A DNA stretch of 64,000 nt from the human T2T-CHM13v2.0 reference genome, Homo sapiens. A program made the translations under genes and the position numbers. How positions within the stretch are numbered: the first letter of the stretch is position 1; every line of letters begins with the position of its first letter. The notes beneath the pieces were generated by a model. It saw nothing but the letters and a program-made list of their open reading frames with translations, had not been told where the DNA came from and ran no database searches. The stretch lies in the NCBI RefSeq assembly GCF_009914755.1, contig NC_060937.1; one strand, 5' to 3'. This document shows positions 31,205 through 44,620 of this stretch, piece after piece.

Positions 31205-31500
31205 TTTTTTTTCTTTTTTAGACAGAGTTGCTCTGTCACCCAGGCTGCAGTATGCCCAGACACAGTCACGGTCCACTGCAGCTTTAACTTTTTGGGTTCA
31301 AGTGATCCTCCTGCCTGAGTTTCCCAAGTAGCTGGGACTACAGGCACACACTACTACACCAGGCCGATTTAAAAAATTTTTGTAAAGACAGGGTTTCGTC
31401 ATGTCACCCAGGCTGGTCTTGAACTCCTGAGCTCAAGCAATCCTCCCACCTTGGCCTCCCCAAGTGTTGGGATTACAGGCATAAACCACCATGCCCAACC
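31205..31500 (-). mobile_element. AluJ
   Basis: Diverged dimer. Confidence 0.88.
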
Positions 31501-32937
31501 TTCTTCACTGTCTGCACACTTCCTATACCACCAGTGCTCGTTTGAGTTTTTTAAAAAAATTTTTTAGGGGGTATATGAACAACAACAAAACAAACAAATA
31601 AAACCCCAACAATCTCCCAGTACAGTAATACATTTAAGTTGTAGATATGTCAAAATTCCTGGTAAGATTAAATCATTTTAAATATCTATTCCAGCCTAAC
31701 AAAATTCAAAAGAAAATGGTTACATTAACACTTTAAATTTATGCACTGGAGTTTTATTATCACAATATTCTGATACCCACTATCACCCATTAAAAATATA
31801 AACAGATTTTCCTTATTTTTATTTCAATTTCATTTTCCCATAGAACATTATCCTAATATAATTTTTATGTTCCAGTATTTTGTTCATCATACTACATACT
31901 CTGATACAAATGTCTATATATTGAAAGATAACTTTTAAACATTTTCAATGACCATAAGACCATTAAGTGTTTAAAAATGTCTTCTGGATTATCATTATGA
32001 TACTTAAAACTAGACAACTGAGCAAAACAATATAAATTTGAATAAATTATTAAACATGAATAAACACAAACATAAAATTGTATGCATCTCTTAATGTGAT
32101 TAACTTAGTAGGGTTCTTTCCCCACTTAGTACACGTATCTTTGAATGAATATTACCTATTGCCAGATGAGCAAGTGGAGCATGATTTGATTCCTATTTTT
32201 CCTTTAATAGATATAAGTACTGAGAAAACTTCATATAAGTAGAACCTATTTTTAAAATCGCAGAGTACCCCAATTATTTGAATTTCTTCCAAGTTATACA
32301 CCAAAAATCACAGAGATCTACCAACAAAAATTATTTTTAATCATCTCTTGGTTGATGTGATTAGGTCCTCTTGTTATTTAATGCAAAGGACTGAAACCTG
32401 CTAACTGTCCACTCACTAGTGACTCAGTCACTTAGTCAGTGCCACACTGTTTGCAACTGTCCCTCTCCTCTGTGGGGTTTTACACACCTGCCAATCCACA
32501 TGTTCAGAGGTAGAAGTGAAAACTTTGGCCTTTCTTTTGTAAAGTGGAAGAAACATCAATGAAAGAACCACTCAGCCTGAGTCAGGCAGGTCCAGGGGAG
32601 GCACCCAGGGGCCTTTCTTCTACCTCAGAAATACCTCTCATAACCCAAGAACCTTTCTCCATCTTCACTCCCAAGACTACGTAGGAAAATGCTTCCTAAC
32701 TTGCCTTGTCACCCTTTAAATTTATCACCCATGGAATAGTATCTCTAAAATATTTTGATCACTTCACTTCTCTGCTGTAAATCCTTGTCAGTATTTTTAC
32801 TCCCACTTTATCAGCCCCACCCACAGCAACCTCCCTGCCTCTCCACCCTCATCCCCCCACCAAAGCTATCGCCCTGCCCTCCTGGGTCACACACCAGCCA
32901 CACCTAAGTTCTTCTCACTTGAGCAGGGCTCTCTTAC

Positions 32938-33614
32938 TGTCAGAGGCATCAAACCAGACTGACTCCATCTTGAGTGAGGGCTAGGAAAATGATGCTGGGA
33001 CCTGACGGCTGCATTCCCAGACAATCAGGCATTCCCTATTCTCTAGATGTTTACAGTTAAGGGAACAAATTAATAAGATTTACTAAACAGACCCAGACTT
33101 GGGAGTGTCCAGATATTCTGACATCTGGAGAACAAAGGCATTCCTAATTTTGCTTTAAAGATAGTAATATTGATTCTTGCAAAATACAGTAATTAAGAAA
33201 AGTAATCCTTTATCACAAACCCTTGTAGCAAAGCCCATCTCCCCATCTTTTTTATCATATATATACACTATATATACATACACTATATATATATACACAC
33301 AATATATATATACACACTATATACATACACTATATATATCTATATATATGCACACATTATATATATATACACACACACATTATATATATATATACACACA
33401 CACACATACACACAAGCATTGTGCCTATGGTGGACGTGTTCCTCCTATTTTCTTATTTCTTATTTTCAGGAACTTCCTGCTCTGTCTATGGAATAGCCAT
33501 TCTTTTATTCCTTTACTTTCTTAATAAACTTGCTTTCACTTTACTCTATGGACTCGCCCTGAATTCTTTCTTGTGCAAGATCCAAGAACCCTCAGGGACC
33601 CCTTTCCTATAACA
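32938..33614 (+). mobile_element. MER41-family (ERV1) solo LTR with an internal (TA/CA)n microsatellite at ~33256-33412
   Basis: Starts TGTCAGAGGC...actccatcttga...gctgcattcccagac; ends aataaacttgctttcact...aagatccaagaaccctc...aaCA; flanked by ttac and ttgc. Confidence 0.82.
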
Positions 33615-33899
33615 TTGCTGCTTATGCTATTGTCACTGCCTAAAGTACTCTTGTTTCAAGAAGCCCCCTCTGGTTCTCCTCTGCCCGTAGATTAGGGGAA
33701 CCAGGAGCTCCTATAACACCCTTACACACTTCTAACTGTATCCTCAGATGCTGGCACGCATAGGAGTTGAAATACAACTCATAAAAACACCAAAATATTT
33801 TTAAGTTGTTGATATTCCAAGATTAATACCCCATTCCTACTTCAATTCCTTAAAGCACTATATCTACAAATATATTTCAAACAGCACTCAGTTTCTCAT

Positions 33900-34910
33900 A
33901 TTTTCTAAGTCAATCCTAGATTACATTTGTATGTCATAAATCCAAAGTCAGCACAATAAATCAAACAGAGCTTTAACCTCTCACAACCTCCACTATAGGT
34001 CTGAGCCACCATCATCTTTCTCTTGGATTACTACAATTTGTCTCCTAACTGGTCTCCTGGCTTCCATCATTTACTCTCGGGTTTTTTTGCATTTTGTTTT
34101 TTTTTTTTGAGACAGGGTCTTGCTGTGTCGCCCAGACTAGAGTGCAGTGGTGCAATCTCAGCTCACTGCAACCTCTGCCTCCGAGGTTCAAGCGATTATC
34201 ATGCCTCAGCCTCCTGAGTAGCTGGGACTACAGGAGGCGAGCACCACCATGCCCGGCTAATTTTTTGTATTTAGTAGAGATGGGGTTTCAATATTGCCCA
34301 GTCTGGTCTTGAACTTCTGAGCTAAGGCAATCTGCCCACATTGGCCTCCCAAAGTGCTAGGATTACAGGTGTGAGCCACAGTGCCCAGCCTCCATCATTT
34401 ACTCTTAATGCAGCAGAGTAAACTTCTTAACATTTAAGTTACTCTTCTGCTCAAAACCCTACAATGGCATGCTGCTTCATTCAGAACAAAAGCCAAAGAT
34501 GTTACAAAGGCCTAAGACCTTCTCTGTTTTCCCTCTATTTTCCTAACTCCATCTCCTAAAAAATTCCACCTCATTCTGCTCAACCCACCACGGCATTCTT
34601 GCTGTTCTTGAACATGCCAAGCAGGCCCAGGGCCTTTGCATTCACTGTTTATTTTGCTTGGAATGCTCTCCCCCCAGACACCTTCATGGCCTCCCTTACC
34701 AACCTCACATCTCTGCTCCCAAGTCACCTTCTAGATAAAGCCAACACTCATCACACTAATGACAACTACAACAATCCCTACTGATACTCACTCTAGCTTT
34801 TTACCTGTCACATTTGCTGTCTTCTAACATACTGCATAATTTACTTATTTATTCTCTCTCCTTTATAAAGAGTTCTAAAAGAGAAGTGACTTCTATCTGT
34901 TTTGTTCAAA
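33900..34910. mobile_element. L2 interrupted by an Alu (34097-34389, -)
   Basis: ctcctaactggtctcc; ctgctcaaaaccct; cagggcctttgca. Alu TSD tccatcatttactct. Confidence 0.8.
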
Positions 34911-35684
34911 TACCCGAAGGCTCCCTGTTACGTTGTCAGCAGTCAATAATTATTTCTCAAATGATACCTGTTTTAAGAAATGTGAGCTGCTTTTTTAGTG
35001 AAACAAGAAATGTTTCTACCATATAACATTAAATTTCATATTAATTCTTTGGATTAAAAACATGGTGACTTTTTTTTTTTTGGTCCCAATCCTCCATAGT
35101 CTGTGCTCTCAGATACCAAAATGTTTTGCTCCCACACTAACATCTGACAAAAATGGAAAAAGCACTTAAAATACAAGGAAAGCATTCCTGATGCTACTGC
35201 CCAAGCAAAAAATATAACAAAGAATATATAATATGACAGCACCCTGAAATGAACTGCTTTTTAAATTAACATTCACCACCAACCAAACCAGAGCAAAGCA
35301 CTGATTTCCAGAGACACTAAATCTAATGACTAAGGTAATCCTAAAATGAATATATAACTTTTTCAATAAAGTATGATTTCATTTCAAACAAGAGAATGCA
35401 ACAATAAAGGAAATAAATTCCCCAACATTTCCTTGGTTATCAGCTTAATATTTCAACTATTTTTTAAAAAGCCACATTTTATATTGCATGTTTAAATGAT
35501 ATCCATATATTTTTGCATACTAAAAAGAATGAAGGGGACAGCATCCTGTTTGAGTTACTGGTTTTGCAGCTGACAAAAACCAATGTTAATATCATTACTG
35601 ACATCTCTGCTTGCAACCTACATTTAAAATAAAGTTAAAGATACTGAAATTTCACATGTTGTTTTCAAATTCACTTTCAGGACC

Positions 35685-35990
<306 letters not shown>

Positions 35991-36595
35991 GAACATTTTT
36001 AATACAGGCTTATCCCTCCTTAATTTCACCATTAAGAATTAACGAAAATTTTGCCATTAGTATTAGGAAGATTAAAGTGAATCACCTCATTTGAGGCACT
36101 CTCCTGTATTATAACAGGGCTCTTAAGTTTCACATTTAGAATACATATTTCCATTTTACGAGATACAAATTTTTATCTATCATTTTCCATGAGAAAGCCA
36201 CCGAAACGTAGTTTTAGCTTTTATGAACGATACTTGTTGACGTTCATCTGGTTCCCTTCATTTAGGGCGCCTGCATGCATCAGTATTGCTCTCTGATGGA
36301 CAGGCGTTATGTTCCTAACTACATTCAATGTCCCTTCCAAGTCTCATTGTATTCAGAATAATTTGACATTACTTTTCTTCAGTACTGGGTATAGCTGTCA
36401 ACTCTCACTAGAGTGGCACTGCCTAAATATACTGAGTACTTGCCATCCTTGTGTATTTCAAGGCTTCTCCAAGTTTTCATTTTTTTCATGTATCAGATTT
36501 ACAACGTGCCTATCACTCCAGTCATCTACCCATCAACTCAGAATTTATAAAACAGTATAAAAATTACAAGAGCACAGCTATAGAGTTTATATTAC

Positions 36596-36773
36596 CTAAT
36601 CACAGAATCTGTTCTGTTGTACCCTGGGATGGAAGAAGCCTTTTCTCCTGGAGATCCCAAAATTTGAAGTGTTGTATTAATGTCAACTTCAGATGAATGC
36701 TTAATGGAATATTCCATTATTTCTGGAGGTATTAGCGGAGTCTCTCCCTGAGTATCATCAGCTAAGAGGTAGC
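36596..36773 (-). CDS. XPO4: XPO4 exon ~13, YLLADDTQGETPLIPPEIMEY...RTDSVI(R)
   Basis: ctgaAG acceptor and GTAATA donor; 178 nt; read by hand, not in the ORF track. Confidence 0.93.
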
Positions 36774-37169
36774 CTTCAGTTTAAAAAAAATTAAAAATGA
36801 ACACTTAACAAATCTACATTTATCAAATTGTACTATAAATGTTTTCAGTTTGATTTATATACATCATATAAATTGATGTAAATTATAAATGTTAACCTGT
36901 TAATTTCAAGTTTATGCAAAAAAAACTTTCTATGTCTCAGATAAGTAACCCTCAAAACTACAGAAAAGGACAAATGTTTTATTCACCAATTTTGTAATTC
37001 ATAGGGGCTTTTTAATCTACTACCTTAAATAATTTTCAGTACTGTATTCTGTAAAGTTAATAGAAATTTTGCTACTATCTATATTAGAAGTCAATATTAG
37101 GGAATTCATTTTCAAAGGTCAAGATTTTTTGCTTATTATTTAAAATATGGAAACACTAATAGTATGGTG

Positions 37170-37410
37170 GTCAAAAAAGAAGATCCTAAGAGTCAGACTG
37201 CCTAGATTTACATTCTGGCTCTAAAAATTAATAGCAGTGTGACAATGGGCTAGTTTCTTATACTCTCAAAGTCTCAGCTTCTTCATCTATTAGTTGGGGA
37301 TAATGACGATGATGATGATAATAGTAATACTACCTAGCAATACTAATTCAGCGGGTAGAATGAGATCCATGAAACATTTGGTATGCAATAGGCACTGCAT
37401 ACATATTAGC
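37170..37410. mobile_element. MIR
   Basis: gagtcagactgcctag...tctcagcttcttcatctat...ggggataatg. Confidence 0.65.
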
Positions 37411-37574
37411 CAGTATTTTTTAAAAATGCATCCATAGTTCTATGACAGAAAATGGCTGTATCCAAATTTTATCCAATATTATATATACACTATTGTTTTT
37501 CATATAGGAAGCTTCTTTTAAGGCTTAAATTGCTCAGTTGGCAATTACATTTTAAAAAGAAACCACCAACCAAC

Positions 37575-37720
37575 CTGTAACTAAAATAAGCCAGTGAATA
37601 TCTTCATAGAGATCATCAAGCATTTTGTTGTCAACAGTGCTTGAACCCGGTGAAGCAAGTAACTGTTGCTGATGTCGTTGTAACTGACCATGGAGTCTTG
37701 TTACTCTTTCTTCTAATAAA
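37575..37720 (-). CDS. XPO4: XPO4 exon ~12, LLEERVTRLHGQLQRH...HWLILVT(G)
   Basis: ttttAG acceptor and GTTGGT donor; 146 nt. Confidence 0.95.
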
Positions 37721-38221
37721 CTAAAAGAGAAGAAAACAGTAGCTTCATAAAGTTCAATAAGCAAAGACATGGAACAACTTACAACTTCCATATATTAGAC
37801 AACATGAATTGAATGTTAGCGTAAAAACACATATACAAAAACATTATAGTACACAACTGTTGTCATAGCACTATAGGAATTATGATTTATTTTTTATAAC
37901 ATAGAATTAAAACACTGCTTTACAAACAATCAAGGTTTACAACAGGCATTTGAAAACTGGTTATTCCAAGTTTTTACTGATATGGGTCAAATCATTTCTC
38001 ATACCATGTTTTCCATAATCTCTCTGCCATCTATGCTGTAGTGCCTGGGCTCCAAATGTCTAAGCCAAGGAACGCAATCATGAGTATGTTTCTGTCCATT
38101 TGTTCCAGTGTGCTGGGACACGGGGTGGGGGTGTTTAAAGTCTTTAAACACTTTAAGTGCTCTCCAGGGAATTGTGAATAGAGAATATTTGCTCCATGGG
38201 GTTTCTTTGGACTGTGTGTAC

Positions 38222-38364
38222 CTTGTCAGAAGAGGTATACAGTGTTCTGCAGCAATTCTTCCTAGCATTCCTACACTGGCCAGTTGATCAGAAAACTGGT
38301 CTCGATCATCCTCTTGAAGTTCACTTATTTCTTCCTCCTCACGAGAGGCCACACCATTGGCAGT
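38222..38364 (-). CDS. XPO4: XPO4 exon ~11, TANGVASREEEEISELQ...HCIPLLT(S)
   Basis: caatAG acceptor and GTACAC donor; 143 nt; overlaps ORF 37999..38352. Confidence 0.95.
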
Positions 38365-38929
38365 CTATTGCAAGTAAAAGAAATAAACAATGAGGAACTG
38401 CATTGCCTATTCAACGTGCACTTCTGTGGCTCCATAACATAGCTTAGATAGCTAAGCACTGCATAGCAAAAGGAGAGGGGACACAGCCGACCTTTGAGCA
38501 CAGCTATCTAGGAACTCCCTTCTAACAATGCTGACAGCCGTGGTAGTTATCAAAAGGGGGAAAACATACAAGAGCAAGAAGTACAGGAATCACTCCATGG
38601 TGATCAACACAACTAACTGCACACCCACAACCCACCTCCCATATGGGAGAATTGAACTTCTGTCACTGAAATAACCAGACATCCATGGCCCAAATTATTC
38701 ATATCTCTTGACAGCTAGACAGAAAGAGGTGGGTAACTGAAAATTGAAAAGGAATATACATAGGCAACATCCCATTTTAATAAGAACTCAGAGAACAAGG
38801 CCACTTTTGCTCCCAGCAAATCTTCTGAGGGAACCCATCCTAAATTTCTGGCATTATATAATGTGTAACATGGTAAAATATAGCCTATGATGAAATAGAC
38901 TGTTAATTACCATCTTGCTTAAAACTCAC

Positions 38930-39106
38930 CAAATTTCTTGTGCCATCTGGAGCAGCTAGGTGGCACTGAATATAGGAATTGAAAACTTGAACTGCATGTT
39001 GGGTAAAAAAGCCTTTATGGAAATGTTTGTCATCTTGAACCAAAGTTAACCAGGACTCCAACAATTTATCATATGCTTCCATGTATACCATGTCATCTTT
39101 ATCAAG
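38930..39106 (-). CDS. XPO4: XPO4 exon ~10, LDKDDMVYMEAYDKLL...APDGTRNL
   Basis: AG acceptor and GTGAGT donor; 177 nt; overlaps ORF 38903..39091. Confidence 0.95.
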
Positions 39107-40199
39107 CTAAAAGAAAAGAACACTCATAAAACAAATGTCCAGAGAACGACAATTGGCATAACAACAGTCATATAAATACATACAAATAGTTTAAATTTTT
39201 CCTTTAACAGAGCTTCCCAATTATTGATAAGTTTTTATTGAACTTTCTAAAATCTTTCTAAGTTCAGTTTAAGTAAGTCTTAGGCAATCTGGAATTAAAG
39301 TTTATTTTTAAAACCAGCTGTTTAGTGTTTTGTGGAACATGCATTTTTCAAATAAAAATAATATTAACATTTTCTTTAGTCAAGAAGAGAATTGTTAAAA
39401 TAAAAAAAAATGTATACACCCTACGCACTTTAAAATGGTTTTAGAGAAACTGAAGGATGAAAACAGACTGACTTAATCAGCAGGTTTAAGAATATGTGGG
39501 GAGAACTCCACCAGTGCTCCTTAACAAGAAATAACTCATAATAAAAAAGAACAGCAAATTCCATACAGTAGAAAAGCACTGTCTTCAAAAAAAATGTAAT
39601 ACGCGTTGACTCAACTCATAATTATTAGAGAAATACCAAAAGTGTCCCATACTTAGAGAAAAATCAGAAATTTAACAAGCACAAATACTTTGTGAATGTG
39701 GAAATAAATTTCTCCCTCTTCTTGGTTCTCCATCTTTTTGGTTCACTGCAGTTAGTTTTTCTTCTTACAAAGGAAACACATGTGGGAAACTTAGAAAAAG
39801 AGACAAGTAGATAAGATTAGGGAAAAGCCAGGCTTCTTCTTGCCCAAAGCTCTGACTGGCTAAATAGGCCTCTCTCCACAAGCATGGTACCGGATGTAAC
39901 TAGACCTGTATGAGATCCACTAAGGAAACCCTGAGGCTGTATACGCTTCAAGATAGTCTCAGTGAAATTGTTTAGCTTGTAATCCTAATTGTCCTCTTTC
40001 CTATTCTTTCTTCTTCATTTAGCTACTATTACTGAATTAAAGTGTTACACCAAAACTACACCACTGAGAAAGAAGAGAAAAATTATCAGAGAAAAAGGTA
40101 GGATGACTATGCACACCACCAGGCTGTTTCACAGAGTTACTTGTGGTCCAAGATCTCCCTGAATGGAGCTAACATTTGGCTAAAAGGTCACTCTAGTTT

Positions 40200-41160
<961 letters not shown>

Positions 41161-41232
41161 CCTAAGTATTTATTTTTAAAGTTGAAAACCCAGAAGCATT
41201 CACTTAGAAGATGTTGATTAAGAATAAGGAGG

Positions 41233-41451
41233 AACCGGGCATGGTGGCTCATGCCTGTAATCCCAATACTTTGGGAGGCTGAGGTAGGTGAATCACCTGA
41301 GGTCAGGGGTTCAAGACCAGCCTGGCCAACATGACAAAACCCCATCTCTACTAAAAACACAAAAATTAGCTGGGCATGGTGGCAGGAGCCTGTAATCCCA
41401 GCTACTTGGGAGGCTGAAGCAGGAGAATCACTTGAACCTGGGAGGCAGAGG
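41233..41451 (+). mobile_element. 3'-truncated AluS
   Basis: Ends at gaggcagagg with no tail, then runs into L1-like sequence. Confidence 0.85.
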
Positions 41452-42815
41452 GGAGACCCACACTTATATAAAAACTACAGTATGGCAGATCATTGAGGAT
41501 GAAGGACTATTCAATAAATGTTGCAGAAAAACCTGTTATCCACATGGAGAAAAAAAATTTGCATCCCTACTTGACTAAATTCTAAGATGTTAAAGTCAGG
41601 AAAGGCAAATTTTAAAGAATTTAGAAGAAAACACAGGAAGGGTAGGCGTCTTTACATTGGAACCAAAATTACAAATCATTAAAAAAAAAACTTTCAACTA
41701 CATTAAGATGAGGAACACTTGTTCATCAAACAATATGATGAAGTCAAAATGCAATGTGATATCCAGGACTAGGTCCTGGCACAGGAAGAGGACATTGGGG
41801 GAAAAACTGGTGAAATCCAATAAAGCCTTTAGTTTAGTTACTAATAATATGCCAACGTTAATTTCTTAGTTCTGACAAATGTACCATGGCTACAAAAGAT
41901 GATACTATTAAGAGAGAACTGGGTACAAGGCACATGGAAACTCTCTGTACTGTCTTTGCAAATTTTCTGTAAACCTAAAATTATTCCATATTTTAAATAC
42001 AGAATTATTCCATATTTTAAATACAGAAAAAAAGTGAAAAAGCCATAAAAAAGAATAGATCTGTGTATTAGTTCATTATCTCACTGCTGTAAAGAATTAC
42101 TTGAGACTGGGTAATTTATGAAGAAAAGAGGTTTAATTGACTCACAGTTCCGCAGGCTTAACAGGAAGGATGACTGGGAGGCCTCAGGAAACTTACAATC
42201 ATGGTGGAAGGCGAAGGGGAAGCAAGCATGTCTTAGCATGGCAGAGCAGGAGGGAAACAGTGAGGAGATAACTGCCACACAATGTCACGAGAACAGCATG
42301 CGGGAAACCACCACCCCCATAATCCAATCACCCCCCACCAGGTCCCCGCCCCTGGCACGTGGGTATTACAAGATTACAATTCGACATGTGATTTGGGTGG
42401 GGACACAGAGCCAAACCATCTCAATCTGAAACCCATATAACCAACAAGAAACTAGTTCTAGAACATATATAGACTTTCTACAAATCAGTAAGGAAAAGAC
42501 AAACATCCCATTAGGAAAATGGGCAAGGGACACAAACAAGCATTTCAAAAGAGGAATCACAGAACTACATATTTAAATATATGAAAAGATGCTCAATGTT
42601 ACTGGTACTTGGGAAAGCAAATTAAGATCATATTTTATGCCTGCTAGTTTGGCAGTAAATGTTGGTGAGAACATGGATCATTGAGAACTCACATACACGT
42701 AATACACTGGTCCAATCACTTTCGGAAAAATTTGACACTACTATCTTCTAAAAGTGAACATTTACATACTCTCTGATCAAAAAATTCCACTCCTAGGTTT
42801 ATACTTTAGGAGAGC
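41452..42815 (+). mobile_element. Old L1 fragments interrupted by an MST LTR
   Basis: ggactattcaataaatg; gaaaatgggcaagggacacaaacaagcattt; gaaaagatgctca; aattccactcctagg. Confidence 0.7.
42064..42423. mobile_element. MSTA/MSTB MaLR LTR
   Basis: tgtattagt...gagactgggtaatttatgaagaaaagaggtttaattgactcacagttc...gggacacagagccaaacca. Confidence 0.88.
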
Positions 42816-42820
42816 TCTCA

Positions 42821-43119
<299 letters not shown>

Positions 43120-44219
43120 TCTATTGAACGCTAAGAGCCAGGCACTGGAATATGGAGATGAATAAGATACTTTCTTTCCATAGAAACATCTGTGGCCTGT
43201 TTATATACTTAACAAAGCATGTGCTTTACAGCCATCATTTGTTAAGTCTTAACAGTTTATCTTGCCAAAATAAACAGACTGGTAACATATCACAAGAGGA
43301 ATTTAGGAATAGCATCCTCTGACTCACCCAGTCTCCAAAAAAAAAAAAAAAAAGCAGGATATTTTCTAAGACCTATCTTGGTTGTTTTTTAGGTACATAT
43401 CTAACACATGTTATCGTGGTTTAATTATTCATATACATAAAAGTATAACTAAAAAGTAAAAGTCTTATATGCCTTTCTATTATTAAAAAAAGTTTTCAAT
43501 AATCCCTCCTATTAACACTCTGATATTAGAACAGAAGATCAGAGGTAGACTGCAAGAGCCTCAACTCATTGGATGGCAATTTACAGTAAGACTATGGACT
43601 TCTAAACAGCCTTCTGGTTTCTTTTGGAGATAATATAACTCATCGAGCAAAGTGTGAGAAATATGGTTGTTGACAATTGGCAACTAAATCTTTCAGTCTA
43701 ATCACAGAAAACTGAAACCTAACCTAGTGCTTTTTCATAATACCCTGGCCCTGCTCCATGGCCACTCTGGCCAAAACCCAGCAGCCAAGGCAGCAGCACG
43801 TGCACAGAGATGACTAAGGAGACCAAGCTAGACACTATGTGCTCATGCCCTTGGTATTGTCAGGCCTGCTGCCAGAGAGGCTTTGGAGAGGGGCTTAGAG
43901 CTTACGAGACTACTTGACCCCACTTTACTCCATCTGGAAATGCAGGGTGGAGAAGGTAATCAAATTATGATATCAGCACTTATCTCTCAATGCCCATAAT
44001 TACCTTGGAAGTATATAGAGCAATAAATTTGCAACCCTTTAGTCATAGAAAAAAATCTTTTACGTTTTGGTAATTATGTTGAATACATAATTCCAAAATA
44101 GTGGTTACTTTTATTTATGAAAATGCTGTCAAATGAAGCTTTGAAAAGAAAACTTTCAATATATGAAATCTGTCCCCTTTTTGACATCAAATTGAATTTC
44201 AGAGATTAAAATCTAACAA

Positions 44220-44620
44220 CACTACACGATTCCAACTACACGACATTCTAGAAAAGGCAAAACTATGGAGACAGGCGAAAGATCAGTGGTTGCCAGAGGT
44301 TGTGAGGGGCAGGGAAGGATAAATAGGCAGAACACAGAGGATTTTCAGCACAGTGAAACTACTCTGTATGATACCTTAATGATGGACATCACACACTGGT
44401 CCAAACCCATAGAATGTACAATGCCAAGAGTGAACCCTATGTACACTATGGACTCTGGATGGCGATGATGTGTCAATGTCGTTTCATCAGCTGTAACAAT
44501 GTACCACTCTCGTGTGGGATGTTGATGGGTGAGGGTGGGGAGGCTGCATGTTTGAGGGGGTTTGTATTTTCACCCAATTTTTGCTGTGGACTCAGAACTG
44601 CTCTAAAATATAAAAAGTCT
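44220..44620 (+). mobile_element. L1MC-type 3' end
   Basis: aaaaggcaaaactatggagacag...gatcagtggttgccag...caaacccatagaatgtacaa. Confidence 0.78.
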
